Positions 1 to 11,950 of a stretch of 44,142 nt of DNA are shown here, piece after piece; within the stretch, counting starts at the first letter, position 1; the number at the start of each line of letters is the position of its first letter. The notes below the pieces were generated by a model, which was given only the letters and a program-made list of their open reading frames with translations, was not told where the DNA came from and made no database searches. This stretch comes from Octopus bimaculoides (taxonomy: Eukaryota): positions 15,001,759-15,045,900 of the forward strand of contig NC_068992.1 in assembly GCF_001194135.2 (NCBI RefSeq). Reading direction: 5' to 3'. The translations under genes and the position numbers were made by a program.

Positions 1-51
1 CCTCTCGTTATGATGACTAAGATGAGTGGTGATGATGATGACAGCGATCCT

Positions 52-115
52 CATCACTATCACCGCCGTCATCATTGGCATTACCACCGTCACCACCACC
101 ACCACCACCACCACC

Positions 116-150
<35 letters not shown>
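52..150. repeat. Compound (CAC)n(AAC)n microsatellite
   Basis: Direct reading. Confidence 0.97.
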
Positions 151-151
<1 letters not shown>

Positions 152-622
152 GTTCCATTACACTACAGAGTCCATCCACCCCCCCACAAAATTATGATTA
201 AACTATCTGGAGCCTGCAGCCAATGGTAGTTTATTGGTGAGATGCCAAAAGCTACAGAGTGCACCACTAACAGTACATGTCAACCTTAAACACGTACGAG
301 GAGGAAGGATTCACTGTGAATTTGCTGTCGAGAGAGAGAGCTGAGTAAATGTGGTCATAATTATCTTCTATTAGTTGTTAATTAACCTAATAGAGACAGC
401 GTAACAGGGCACCCACCCACCCACACACACACACGTATATACATGCATTCATACATACATGGATATTAAATGATGATAACAATGACAATGATATATGTAT
501 GTATGTGTGTGTGTATGTGTATATATACATAGATATATATATATATATATATATGTACATATAGACATACATATATATGTATATATATATGTGTATATAT
601 ATATATATGTATATGTATATAT

Positions 623-2646
623 ATTATTTTTCTTCTGTAGTTTCAGCTCATAACTGTGGCCATGCTGATGCACCACCGTTTTTTGCTACACTGTTATTAC
701 TGAGGGCTTCATCCAATATGTGGCACTTGGTGAAGAATGGAGTTTGATGTCGCTACCCTCATTTGCACCTCTTGCCATGAGGTAAGTTCATCTGGGACTC
801 TTGACAGGAAGAGGTCCAGCTTTGATTTAAAAACGCCTACATCTACATTGTGCAGGTTCCTCAGGCTCATTGGGAGAATATTAAAAAAACGTGGGACCCT
901 GAAACCCAAGCTGTTGCAGTAACTGGTCCTGAAGCGCAATGGCATTGCTGGGATCTTTGGTACTATGCAGTGTCGTCCCGTTCTGGCATTGGTGTAGCTT
1001 TCAATGCCAAAATTTGGCACAATTCCTTCTAGGATCTTCCAGATGTATATTACTGCGTACCTCTCCTGCCTTCTCTCCACCGAGTAGAGTCTTAGCTGTT
1101 TCAGCCTTTCCCAGCAGCTGAGCAGTTGCAAGGAGATGATCTTCTTTGGGAATCTTCTCTGGATTGCTTCAAGGTCCACTGTTAATTTCACACTGGTGGG
1201 TGACCATAGCTGTGAGCAGTAATCCAGGCGGCTGAGGATGAATGTCCTCCAGAGGACCATCATGGTTTCCTTATCTCTGGTTCTGAATGTTCTCAGGATC
1301 CATCCAGCCAGTCGACTGCACTTTGTCGCCATCCTAGTAATGTGCACTTGGAAAGAGGTATCATCACTCATGTCAATACCCAGGTCCCTCACTGATTTAG
1401 GCTCTAGGATTGAAATCTCCTGTGGAACAGTGTACTCTGTAAGTTTCATATTCAGTTTTGGTTACTGGTAGTGCAGGGCTTGGAATTTTTCAGCATTAAA
1501 CTGTATATTATTATCCTCAGCCCATCTGTAAATTGAGTCCAACTCCTGCTGCAGATGTGCAACATCGCTGGGGTTCTGTATTTTTCTGTGAGACTTTCTT
1601 ATTGTCTGCATAGCTTGCAAGGGTGGCTATCTGGGTACTTGAGAGCATATCTGAGAGGGCCACTATAAAAAGCAATGGTCCCAAGACAGTGCCCTGTAGA
1701 ACATCGCTAACTATTTGTGTTTTCATAGAGGTGGCTCCATTAGCCACTACTGCCTAACTTCTGTTTTTCAGAAAGTCATTTAACCACTCTCCAAGTTTTC
1801 CAGATATGCCAAGATCATGCAGTTTGTGGCATATCATACCATGATCCACTTTGTCAAAGCTTTTGCAAAATCAAGGTATATTATGTCTACATTTGAGTTG
1901 TTGAGTAACTGCCTCAACACCCAGTCATAATGTTGTAAGATCTGGGTTGGGCAGCTCCTACCTGGTCGAAAGCCATGCTGGGTATCATTCAGCAAGTTAT
2001 TTTCTTCAAGGAATGTGATTATTTTCCCTCTGACTATCCATTCCATGACTTAACTGATGTGTGAAGTCAGAGAGATAGGTCTGTAGTTTTTGGCATCTGT
2101 TCTGCTTCCCCCTTTATGGATTGGGCATATTATTCCCTCCTTCAGCTTGCTTGGCAGTCTGCCATTTGCAAGAAAGCTCTGGAAGAGAATCTGGAGGGGG
2201 TTTTCCAGGGCATGCTTACACGATTTGAGAAGGATTGCTGGGAAACTATCAGGACCAGCAGTTGAGTTTGTGTCCACTTCAGCTATGGCTAGTAGTTAGG
2301 ATATCTTCTTCACTAACATCGATGCATTCCATCGTAACTGCTTCACTGGTTATAGGTGAAGTGGCAAAGAAGTCCACTGGTTCATTCACTTGTCTGTGTT
2401 CCAATGGGGTGGTAAAGACACTTTTGAACTGGTCATTCAGTACCTCACTGACCCTTGTTGGACTGTCTGTGAGGGAGCCATCCTTTTGGAAGAGGGGTCC
2501 TATCTTGCAGTGTACTGAGGCTGTTTCTTTCGTGTAATGAAAGAAGGCCTTTGGGTTTGACTTAATGTTTTTTATAATCCAGGCTTCTTTGTCTGCTTTC
2601 TCCCTCTCATAGGATTGTTGCAGCCTTTTTTCAATCTTTTTCTCAA
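623..2646 (-). mobile_element. 5'-truncated, frameshifted non-LTR retrotransposon ORF2 (CR1/L2/Jockey group) with 3' UTR
   Basis: Collinear RT motifs over five frames: [14 protein letters not shown] (2279-2646), GPD..KNYRPISLTS (2050-2277), QHGFRPGRSC..YLDFAKA (1834-2046), QGTVLGPLLF..YADN (degenerate YADD, 1517-1747), C-terminal RLDYCSQLWSP..SNSILHQV* (709-1449). Clade is by motif recall and needs a phylogeny. Confidence 0.93.
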
Positions 2647-2783
2647 TATATATATATGCATGCATATATACATGCATATATATATACATATATATATATA
2701 CATACATACATATATATATACATATATATATATACATACATACATATATATATACATATATATATATACATACATACATATAT

Positions 2784-2814
<31 letters not shown>

Positions 2815-3794
2815 CATACATACATACATATATATATACATATATATATATACATACATACATATATATATATACATACATACATATATATACATATATA
2901 TATATACATACATACATATATATACATATATATATATACATACATACATATATATATACATATATATATATACATACATACATATATATATATACATACA
3001 TACATATATATATACNNNNNNNNNNNNNNNNNNNNNNNNNNNNNNNNNNNNNNNNNNNNNNNNNNNNNNNNNNNNNNNNNNNNNNNNNNNNNNNNNNNNN
3101 NNNNNNNNNNNNNNNNNNNNNNNNNNNNNNNNNNNNNNNNNNNNNNNNNNNNNNNNNNNNNNNNNNNNNNNNNNNNNNNNNNNNNNNNNNNNNNNNNNNN
3201 NNNNNNNNNNNNNNNNNNNNNNNNNNNNNNNNNNNNNNNNNNNNNNNNNNNNNNNNNNNNNNNNNNNNNNNNNNNNNNNNNNNNNNNNNNNNNNNNNNNN
3301 NNNNNNNNNNNNNNNNNNNNNNNNNNNNNNNNNNNNNNNNNNNNNNNNNNNNNNNNNNNNNNNNNNNNNNNNNNNNNNNNNNNNNNNNNNNNNNNNNNNN
3401 NNNNNNNNNNNNNNNNNNNNNNNNNNNNNNNNNNNNNNNNNNNNNNNNNNNNNNNNNNNNNNNNNNNNNNNNNNNNNNNNNNNNNNNNNNNNNNNNNNNN
3501 NNNNNNNNNNNNNNNNNNNNNNNNNNNNNNNNNNNNNNNNNNNNNNNNNNNNNNNNNNNNNNNNNNNNNNNNNNNNNNNNNNNNNNNNNNNNNNNNNNNN
3601 NNNNNNNNNNNNNNNNNNNNNNNNNNNNNNNNNNNNNNNNNNNNNNNNNNNNNNNNNNNNNNNNNNNNNNNNNNNNNNNNNNNNNNNNNNNNNNNNNNNN
3701 NNNNNNNNNNNNNNNNNNNNNNNNNNNNNNNNNNNNNNNNNNNNNNNNNNNNNNNNNNNNNNNNNNNNNNNNNNNNNNNNNNNNNNNNNNNNNN

Positions 3795-3853
<59 letters not shown>

Positions 3854-3923
3854 GTGTGTGTGTGTGGAGATTGGCAATAAATGTGTAAGAGTATTTATTA
3901 TGATAGCCATTAGTATAAATTTC

Positions 3924-3954
<31 letters not shown>

Positions 3955-4110
3955 CTGTGTGTATATGTATTTATGTGTATAAGTATGCATATATATAAGC
4001 ATGTGTATTTGTATGCAGGTGTATATGTGTGCAAATGTATGTGTGCAGGTGTATGTATGTGTGTAAGTGTGTGTAGGAAGGTGTATGTGTATGTGTGTGA
4101 GTGTGTATAT
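2647..4110. repeat. Compound (TA)/(TACA)/(TG) microsatellite spanning a gap (N 3016-3794)
   Basis: Direct reading. Confidence 0.97.
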
Positions 4111-4116
4111 ATGCAT

Positions 4117-4276
4117 GTGGTTGGCGTTAGGAATGGCATCCAGCTGTAGAAACTCTGCCAAATCAGACTGGAGCCTGGTGTTGCCATCCGGTTTCACCAG
4201 TCCTCAGTCAAATCGTCCAACCCATGCTAGCATGGAAAGCGGACGTTAAACGATGATGATGATGATGATGATGATG
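4117..4276 (+). mobile_element. Family B repeat (RTE 3' UTR-derived), (GAT)n tail
   Basis: gtggttggcgttaggaatggcatccagctgtagaaac..ggacgttaaacgatgatgat. Confidence 0.9.
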
Positions 4277-4755
4277 TACTTAAGTATGCAAATATATGTA
4301 TGAATATATGCACATATGCATTTGTATGTATGTGTAGATGTGAGAGTACGCATGTACATGCACTCACACATTGTTCAGTCTGTCCACATTGTTCATTGTT
4401 CAGTCTGTCCATACATGTTTGAAGTTGACCACCTTTGAGAATGTCATGCCAAAATGATAAATGCCTACTTGACCTACCAGGGTCATATAACAGTCAGTTA
4501 TTACTGCATAACATATTCAGTAATGTTAAGAAAGCTGAGATGATAGTTATGGTATCGCATCTCACTTTGAAAATAGCTTAAGAGTTGAACCAAGGTCACA
4601 GATAACAAATAACCTGCAAGGAATTCTTTTTCAAGAGGGATTAGAGTTATCACTCAAACTTCAAGGAAATACACTACTGCATTCATCCTGTGCATAGACA
4701 ATTTTGGCCAAACCCATGCATCTTGTTCCTACTTTGTAGCGCCATATCGCAGCTA

Positions 4756-4937
4756 CATCATCATCATCATCGTTTAACGTCCGCTTTCCATGCTAGCATG
4801 GGTTGGACGATTTGACAGAGGACTGGCGAACCAGATGGCTGCACCAGGCTCCAATCTGATCTTGCAGTGTTTTTACAGCTGGATGCCCTTCCTAACGCCA
4901 ACCACTCTGAGAGTGTAGTGGGGGCTTTTACGTGCCA
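4756..4937 (-). mobile_element. Family B repeat
   Basis: Reverse complement of the same consensus, about 90% identical to 4117-4276 by eye. Confidence 0.9.
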
Positions 4938-5087
4938 ACAGATTTTGGGGTCTGATGATACATCATAAAGTTAAATATTTTATGGACAGGAAACCCAGGG
5001 TAATTCCATAAACCAGCCTTCCTCACTTTTAATATCTGCTGCTCTCCATGTTAGAGTGTGCTTCTCTGGATTTATGTCTTCTACAAA

Positions 5088-5137
<50 letters not shown>

Positions 5138-5454
5138 CCATGTAAAAAATGGTTAAGCATTGGTGGCCAATAATTAACAAAGAATGCAATATAGAAGTAA
5201 GAAGTGCTAATTATTAACGATCACTGACAGTTAAGCCTCACGGATAGAATTACATGAAGCGTATACTTCCAGTTGAATACTGACTAATTAAATGGTGATT
5301 ATCATTATTGTCAACTACTTCCATAACATTTATATCTTTTCCATGCTGAGCTAATTGCTGGACTAATCATCATTGATTACCTTTTCATACATTATTGATA
5401 TCTATGGCACCAACTACTAAAACGACCACAACAACAGCAACAACACTGTACATT

Positions 5455-5781
5455 CATCGCTGCCAGTGCCGCAGGACTGGCTCCTGTGCAGGTGGCACGT
5501 AAAATACACCATTTTGAGCGTGGCCATTGCCAGTACTGTCTGACTGACCCTCGTGCTGGTGGCAGGTAAAAGCACCCACTACACTCTCTGAGTGGTTGGC
5601 GTTAGGAAGGACATCCAGCAGTAGAAACTCTGCCAAATCAGATTGGAGGCTGGTGTAGCCATCTGNNNNNNNNNNGGAAGGACATCCAGCAGTAGAAACT
5701 CTGCCAAATCAGATTGGAGGCTGGTGTAGCCATCTGGTTCACCAGTCCTCAGTCAAATCGTCCAACCCATGCCAGCATGGA
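5455..5781 (+). mobile_element. Family B repeat, longer copy (contains a gap-edge duplication)
   Basis: ggtggcacgtaaaatacacc..aagcacccactacactctctgagtggttggcgttaggaagg..gccagcatggaaa. Confidence 0.88.
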
Positions 5782-5814
5782 AACCAACACCGGTTCTCAA
5801 GCAACAGTGAGGGA

Positions 5815-6112
5815 CAAACACATATACAAAGACACACACACATACACACACAAGCACATGATTACTCAGACACATACATATACAAACACATACACACACA
5901 CACAAACAAATGCTCACACACACATGCACAAACACATACAGCATACACACATTCATACACTCACACACACACAAACACATGCTCACACACACACATACAC
6001 AAACACATACACACATACACACACTGGCACACACACACAAACACATGCTCACACACTCACTCACACAAGCACATACTCACACACACACATAGACACACAC
6101 ACACACACACAC
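5815..6112. repeat. Degenerate (CA)n tract
   Basis: Direct reading. Confidence 0.95.
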
Positions 6113-6268
6113 ACACAAAACAGGCTTCTTTCAATTTCCATCTACCAAAATCCACTCCCAAGACTTCGGTCAGCCTAAGACTATAGCTGAACACCACGGT
6201 GCTATGCAGTGGGACTGAACACACTGAACATGTGGTTGCAAAGCAAACCAGACAACCACACAACCACA
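6113..6268 (-). mobile_element. SINE family A, 5' half
   Basis: ggcttctttcaatttccatctacc..gggactgaac..catgtggttg; continues into the (CA)-rich tract at 5815-6112. Confidence 0.75.
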
Positions 6269-6459
6269 CCAGCACCTGATGCTTCAGAATTTAGATTCCA
6301 TGCAGCAGCTGACATAAACTTCATCTCCCCCCAGTTCTTTACTATGAGCGATAAAAACCGAGCCATCAGCCGGTAATAATATTTCATCAAGGAAGACCTT
6401 AGTCAAATATAAACAAACCTTGCTATAAATTTTGTTTTTCTCCATCTGTTTCTATTTAG

Positions 6460-6492
6460 CAGAATAAATATTTCACTGATGCTGCAGAGAAG
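6460..6492 (+). CDS. Candidate 33-nt (or 30-nt, NAGNAG) micro-exon QNKYFTDAAEK
   Basis: Pyrimidine-rich acceptor ttttctccatctgtttctatttag|cag| and donor gaag|gtgaga; length divisible by 3. No homology recognised. Confidence 0.3.
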
Positions 6493-6777
6493 GTGAGATA
6501 TAATATACGGTGATTAAAATTCTGTTGCATACACAGAACTCTTTGGTACTAATGTGTAAAACATATACTTTAGGCACCATACTGGAATTAAGATATAGTC
6601 TTTTGACATCTGGAGTAGTTTGGCTCCTCCTAATCAACTTAGAAATCAACATTCTTGCATTTTTTGGTTATGCTTTTGGTTTTTTTTTTGGTTTTTGTTA
6701 TTTATTTTTCTAACTCATTCTTCAAATACTGTGAAGATAGCTGGGTTGGTTTAGTTCTGAATCTAATCAGTTTTGAA

Positions 6778-7199
6778 GTTTGCTGTTCTGAGCTTAATTC
6801 TTGATAGATCCGTTTCTTAAATCAATTTTATTTCTTTGTTCTTTTTTGTTGTTTTTTTTCCTTCTGCATTCGTTTTTTTGAGAGACATTTGACGGTGGCC
6901 ATGCTGAAGCACCGCCTTTAGTCGAGCAAATCGACCCCCAGGACTTACTCTTTGTAAGTNNNNNNNNNNNNNNNNNNNNNNNNNNNNNNNNNNNNNNNNN
7001 NNNNNNNNNNNNNNNNNGTTTGCTGTTCTGAGCTTAATTCTTGATAGATCCGTTTCTTAAATCAATTTTATTTCTTTGTTCTTTTTTGTTGTTTTTTTTC
7101 CTTCTGCATTCGTTTTTTTGAGAGACATTTGACGGTGGCCATGCTGAAGCACCGCCTTTAGTCGAGCAAATCGACCCCCAGGACTTACTCTTTGTAAGT
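6778..7199. other. Assembly artefact: identical 182-bp sequence on both sides of an N gap
   Basis: 6778-6959 equals 7018-7199 exactly, with N 6960-7017 between. The same pattern occurs at 5605-5665 / 5676-5736. Confidence 0.85.
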
Positions 7200-7468
7200 C
7201 TAGTACTTATTCTGTCAGTCTCTTTTGCCGAACTGCTAACTTATGGGGACATAAACACACCAGCATTGGTTGTCAAGTGATATTGGGGGGAACAAACAGA
7301 GATACGACGGGCTTCTTTCAGTTTCCATCTACCAAATCCACTCACAAGGTTTTGGTCAGCCAGAGGCTATAGTAGAAGACACTTGCCCAAGGTGCCATGG
7401 AATGGGACTGAACCCGGAACCATGTGGTTGGAAAGCAAGCTTCTTACCACGTAGCCACACCTGTGCCT
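7112..7468 (-). mobile_element. SINE family A, near full length, almost no internal microsatellite
   Basis: Head ..ctgtgcct, gacacttgcccaaggtgcc, tail gacggtggccatgctgaagcaccgcc. Confidence 0.88.
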
Positions 7469-7879
7469 CAGAACATGACACCTTGAGTAAGGCTCATTTA
7501 ATATATCCTTTGGATGAGTCAAGCCTTCTGAGTGAAACTGAATGAAGGGGAAACTTTGTGGAAGCCTGTCGAATAGATTGTATCTGAGGTCACACTGATT
7601 CTGTTTGAGGATCACATTAAGGGCACAGATGATGTCTGTGTAATACTTTGTCAGTTATATTGTAATATATAGATACTGTATTTGCAATTGAAAGGCCCAG
7701 TCTTGTGATACGCTGTGTTACATCAATTCTACTTGAGAATTATGCTAACAGTATACATATCAGTATACATATCAGTATATCATATTCAGCCACTTATATG
7801 TTAATTCAATGAACTGAGAATTTAGTTGATTTAACAACTGAATCCTAATCATTGAAACCGACAGCTATATTCTTTTATT

Positions 7880-7930
7880 TTTTTATCTTTTCAGTCATTT
7901 CACTTTGGCCATGCTGGAGCATTGCCTCGA
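7880..7930 (-). mobile_element. Isolated family A / CR1-type 3' tail fragment
   Basis: tttcagtcatttcactttggccatgctggagcattgcct. Confidence 0.6.
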
Positions 7931-9318
7931 CTATATATTTATTTTACTGACTAACAAAAGTGAACTAAAGAAAACAATATATTGAAATTTACTCATCGCT
8001 TGTCGTCATCCTCCTTTTAATCACATAACAGGAACAATTTTTCTCTTTTTATAAGAAATTTGACTACTGTGTTATTTTGTCTGGCCACCACCAAAAAATC
8101 AATTCTACAGAGTTTTAGAACGACCATTTCCAATAAGAAATTAGTTTTGATTCAATCAACAGCAAGCCTTCGTCTGAAACAATGGCTTAGCGCAGAGTAA
8201 AAATAAACCAACAAACATGCTTTAGTGTGAGGAAGGATATTCTTCCATTTATCTTTTACCATTCCATCATCAATTCCAAAATCCATTGTCTCGAGCTGCA
8301 ACACAATTCTTTGAAAATAATTTGAGATAACAGTGGTCCATTAGTCTAGAATTTTGACCATGCTATGCAATACGACAACTTCCACGTCATCATGTCTGAT
8401 GAAGGTGATACTACTGCACTGGTTATTGAAATGATATACATCGATGATGTATGCCATTGTGATTTTGTTGCTAATAACAGTAAAACAAAGACAGAATAAT
8501 AAAAGACAAAACAAAATACAACTCAAAGAATATAAATAAAACACTCATGCATTATTTATATTTATGCTTGTTTTCATTTGTGAAGTGTCCCTTGGTGTAT
8601 TTTTTGATGATTTATGGAGTATTTTTAAAGTCTTTAATATTAAGACAGAAAAAAAAACAATAACATTAAAAATAAATATATAAAATATATAAAATATATA
8701 AATATATATTTAGAAAATTAAGAGAAATTTTAAAAATTACTTGGAAGACAAAATAAACAAAATACCTTGTTGGTAATGTATTCGATAGTCTGCAAAAAAA
8801 AAAGAAAAGAAAAATAGAAATATTTCTTATAATAGAAGCAATGATAAATTGATTGACAGAAATTATTAAAAAAAAGAAAAACAAGGAAAGAAGCAAAGTG
8901 ATTTATTATAAAAGCTGTAAAACAAAGAACTAAAAAGATGGAACCAAACTATTGGTTAGTTTCTTGAACTAAATATTATCTAAATTCTTTCTTTTTTTAC
9001 CTTTTCTTCTGCCAGAAGATTTGTTTTGGTTGTAAATTAATCTTAATCAATTCTGTTTAATGAGTTTTGTGATATACAGGTCATGGACTAAACTAAATCG
9101 TATGATTGGCTGGATAAAGGAACTCATCAGATTTGCACTCCATACATTTTTATTTACACTCTCCACTGACCATTCGGTATTGACATCCATCGGTCACTCT
9201 CACCATCTGTCCACCTCATGCTCCCATCACTCATTCCTCTCCATCCCCTCTAATGAAAATAAATTGCACCCAGTTCATTCTGTTAAGACTGGAGTTGGAA
9301 GGTTCTTTTATTCTTGAA

Positions 9319-9638
9319 GGCACATGGCTTAGTGGTTAGGGTATTTGGCTAATGAATATAAGGTTGTGAGTTCAATTCCTGATGGCATGTTGTGTCCTTA
9401 AGTAAGACACTTTATTTCACATTGCTCTAGTTCACTCTGCTGGCAAAAATGAGTAGGACCTGGATTTCAAAATGCTAACCATTGCACATACTGTGTCACA
9501 CTGAATCTCCCTGAGGACTATGATAAGGGTATGCATGTCTGTGGAGTTCTCAGCCACTTGCATATTAATTTCAAGAGCAGGCTGTTCCATTGATCGAATC
9601 GACTGGAACTCTCGCTGTCATAAACAACGGAGTGCCAG
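9319..9638 (+). mobile_element. SINE family D, full length (tRNA head)
   Basis: A box tggcttagtgg, B box gagttcaattcc, ccttaagtaagacactttatttcac, 3' ..cggagtgcca. Confidence 0.88.
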
Positions 9639-9684
9639 TTATCTCTAGTGCTGGGGCTATGAAAAAAAAAAAAAAAAATACATG

Positions 9685-9850
9685 CCCACTACACCTTGTA
9701 AAGTGATTAGGAAGGGCATCCAGTCATAGATACCAAGTAAAAACTAATTAAACTGGTGAATGAGATACATTCCCACAGCCCGTTTCAGGAGAGTAGCAAT
9801 GAGCCGTACAACCTGTACCAAAGGAGATGTAAAAACGATGATGATTTATA
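9685..9850 (+). mobile_element. Family B repeat, diverged
   Basis: cccactacacc..ttaggaagggcatccag..gatgtaaaaacgatgatga. Confidence 0.6.
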
Positions 9851-9919
9851 TAAACTCGATAATACTTTAATGTACAAATCTACTCTCTGAAATGACAGGA
9901 AATACTACTCTTACTACTA

Positions 9920-10059
9920 CCCAGGTGTTAATGATAGGAAAGATTGAGGTCTAATTACGAAAACAAACTGTAAGGAAATAGCAGGTTTTCCTGTAACTAC
10001 AGTAGTAATTAACATTGCACTAATGTTTAAAAGCCGTCTTAATTTTGAGACACCTGGAA
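9920..10059. mobile_element. Possible degenerate Tc1/mariner-type MITE
   Basis: ta-cccaggtgt ... acacctggaa-ta; short TIR with TA flanks. Confidence 0.3.
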
Positions 10060-10633
10060 TAAACAAACAAGATGTTGTTTAGCTGCAGGTTAGGTCTTGA
10101 TCCAATAGATCTATAATGTTGGCAAATATAAATAGATAATTAGAATAAAATTTAAAATATATGGAAAAGGTAAAATTCTGGTGCCTGGAAACTGGGGTCT
10201 GTTTTGGGGTGTACTTGGGGTAATGATTCTCAACATACCAGACGTTTTATTTTATCAGTTCTAGTTTTCAAGCTACACTATACACTTCATATATCTATAT
10301 ATCCATTTATAATCCACTTATATATCTATGTATCTATCTATTCTGTATTTCTTCATCATATTTATATGTCACAAACCTGCACTTTTAGTCCTTGTTTGTC
10401 CATCACCTGAGCGATATTCCTAATATTAGTTGTACAATCAGAGAAGCAGTGCTATGGGATTTAAAGTACTTGGACTTTAAATACACTGAAACTACGCTGG
10501 TAGTGAAGTCTCCATGGCTGATGTGGTTGGTCTTTTTATTCATCCACCCCAGAAGAATGGGACACAAAGTTAGCCAGAATGCAAGAAGCTGGAATAAATG
10601 CACACGTAAGACATTTCATCCAAAGTTCTAATA

Positions 10634-11270
10634 CTTCTTCTTCTTGCCTTTAACCCTCCAACGCGGAGTATAGGCCACTTATAATTGAATTCCATGTCAC
10701 ATAATTTTTCGCTTCTGTACTTATACTTTGCCATGAATGTCTCCCTTTCTCTAGTTCCTTTTGTGTTGATCTACGCCACGAGTTCTTAGGCTTACCCCTC
10801 TTTCTATATCCATCCAGATTCCACTGTAAAGCACTTTTCGCTACATTTGGTGTATTCCTTCTAATTGTGCTACCAATCGACTTCCACTTTTTCTTAAATA
10901 TTTGCTCTCTAATCAAAACTTGATTTGTTCTTTGTCATAGCTCCATATTGCTTATGTGTTTGGACCATCTGATTTTAAGTATACTACGCAAGCACCTGTT
11001 GATGAATGATTGTATTTGCTTATTTGACTTAACTGTTGTTTGCCATGTCTCAGCCCCATACAATAACACCGCTTTTACGTTAGTGTTAAAATTCTTATTT
11101 TGTTCTTTATTGAAATTACACTTGCGCTCCATACTTTTTTTAACAGGTGAAAAGCAGTCCTTGCCTTACTTATTCTTGTCTTAATATCTTCTACCAATGT
11201 GGAATCCTTGTGATCACAGTCTACAAAGTTCTTATGATTTCTAGTTCCCTCAAGCTATCAACTTCAATTG
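10634..11270 (-). mobile_element. RTE-clade LINE, 5'-truncated ORF2 C-terminus with (GAA)n tail
   Basis: EDIKTRISKARTAF, NTNVKAVLLYGAETW, FINRCLRSILKIRW, ALQWNLDGYRKRGKPKNSWRRS; tail cttcttcttctt at 10634-10645. Confidence 0.88.
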
Positions 11271-11950
11271 ATACTTTATTCATCCACCCCAGAAGGATGG
11301 AATGCAAAGCTAGCGATGTTAAGAAATAGCACCCAAAATGCAAGAAGCTAGAATAAGTACACACGCAGGGTATTACATCCAATGCATCTGCCAATTTAGG
11401 ATTCAAGTGATTACAGTCTATGAAATTCTTGTGATTTCTGAAATAGATCAGCATCTTTCCCAGAAATCGATGCCAAAGAGATTATCATTCTCAACAATGC
11501 AAATACTTGTTTAGGAAAGGATAGTATTATTTTTAATTTTTGTTTTTGTTTCATATGTAATATAAACCAATCTTGATTCATTTGGCATTATATAAATAGC
11601 TACACTAATACATTAAATATTTCCTTGTCTTATTATAAACTAACAGACCTCGTATTTTAGCTTTTGCAGTATTGACTCTATTCAATGCAGACCGATACTA
11701 ATCTCTTCAAATTCTTGGAATTATAATCAATCCTACAACAGCTGATTCCATTATGGTAAAGATAAATGAAAGAGATTGAATTTATAGAAGAACATTTGCA
11801 GTGCTGAGACTGCCCTCAAATATCTTCAAATCCTCCACCAAAATGGAACCTACCTCATGTAGGTGGGGGTGGGGATGGGGATCTAAAAATAAAACACAAA
11901 TGCTAGAGCTTCAAATAAATAATAATAAGAAGAAGAAGAAGAAGAAGAAG

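Noticed and set aside
2279-4187. 400-540 aa ORFs in the ORF track (also 16798-17613, 26891-27782, 29733-30739, 32519-33542, 42872-43531)
   Set aside because: They are translations of N runs and TA/CA microsatellites (YI/HT/CV repeats). Only the 2279-2646 portion is real LINE sequence.
4185-4212. CUGAGGA..GAAAC in family B on the minus strand (also about 42015)
   Set aside because: Only 5 nt between the boxes, so stem II cannot form; no stem I.
6778-7199. 182-bp perfect direct repeat; also 5605-5736 and about 19470-19615
   Set aside because: Identical sequence on both sides of a short N gap is an unmerged contig overlap, not a biological duplication.
8388-8450. CUGAUGA..GAAAUG..CAUC hammerhead-like match
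   Set aside because: Stem II is almost all wobble pairs and stem I needs a 4-nt bulge; explained by local CAT/GAT repeats.
8260-8470. Minus-strand segment with acceptor and donor; plus-strand peptide NFDHAMQYDNF..
   Set aside because: No frame is open across the minus segment. The plus candidate has a weak acceptor and donor and no recognisable homology.
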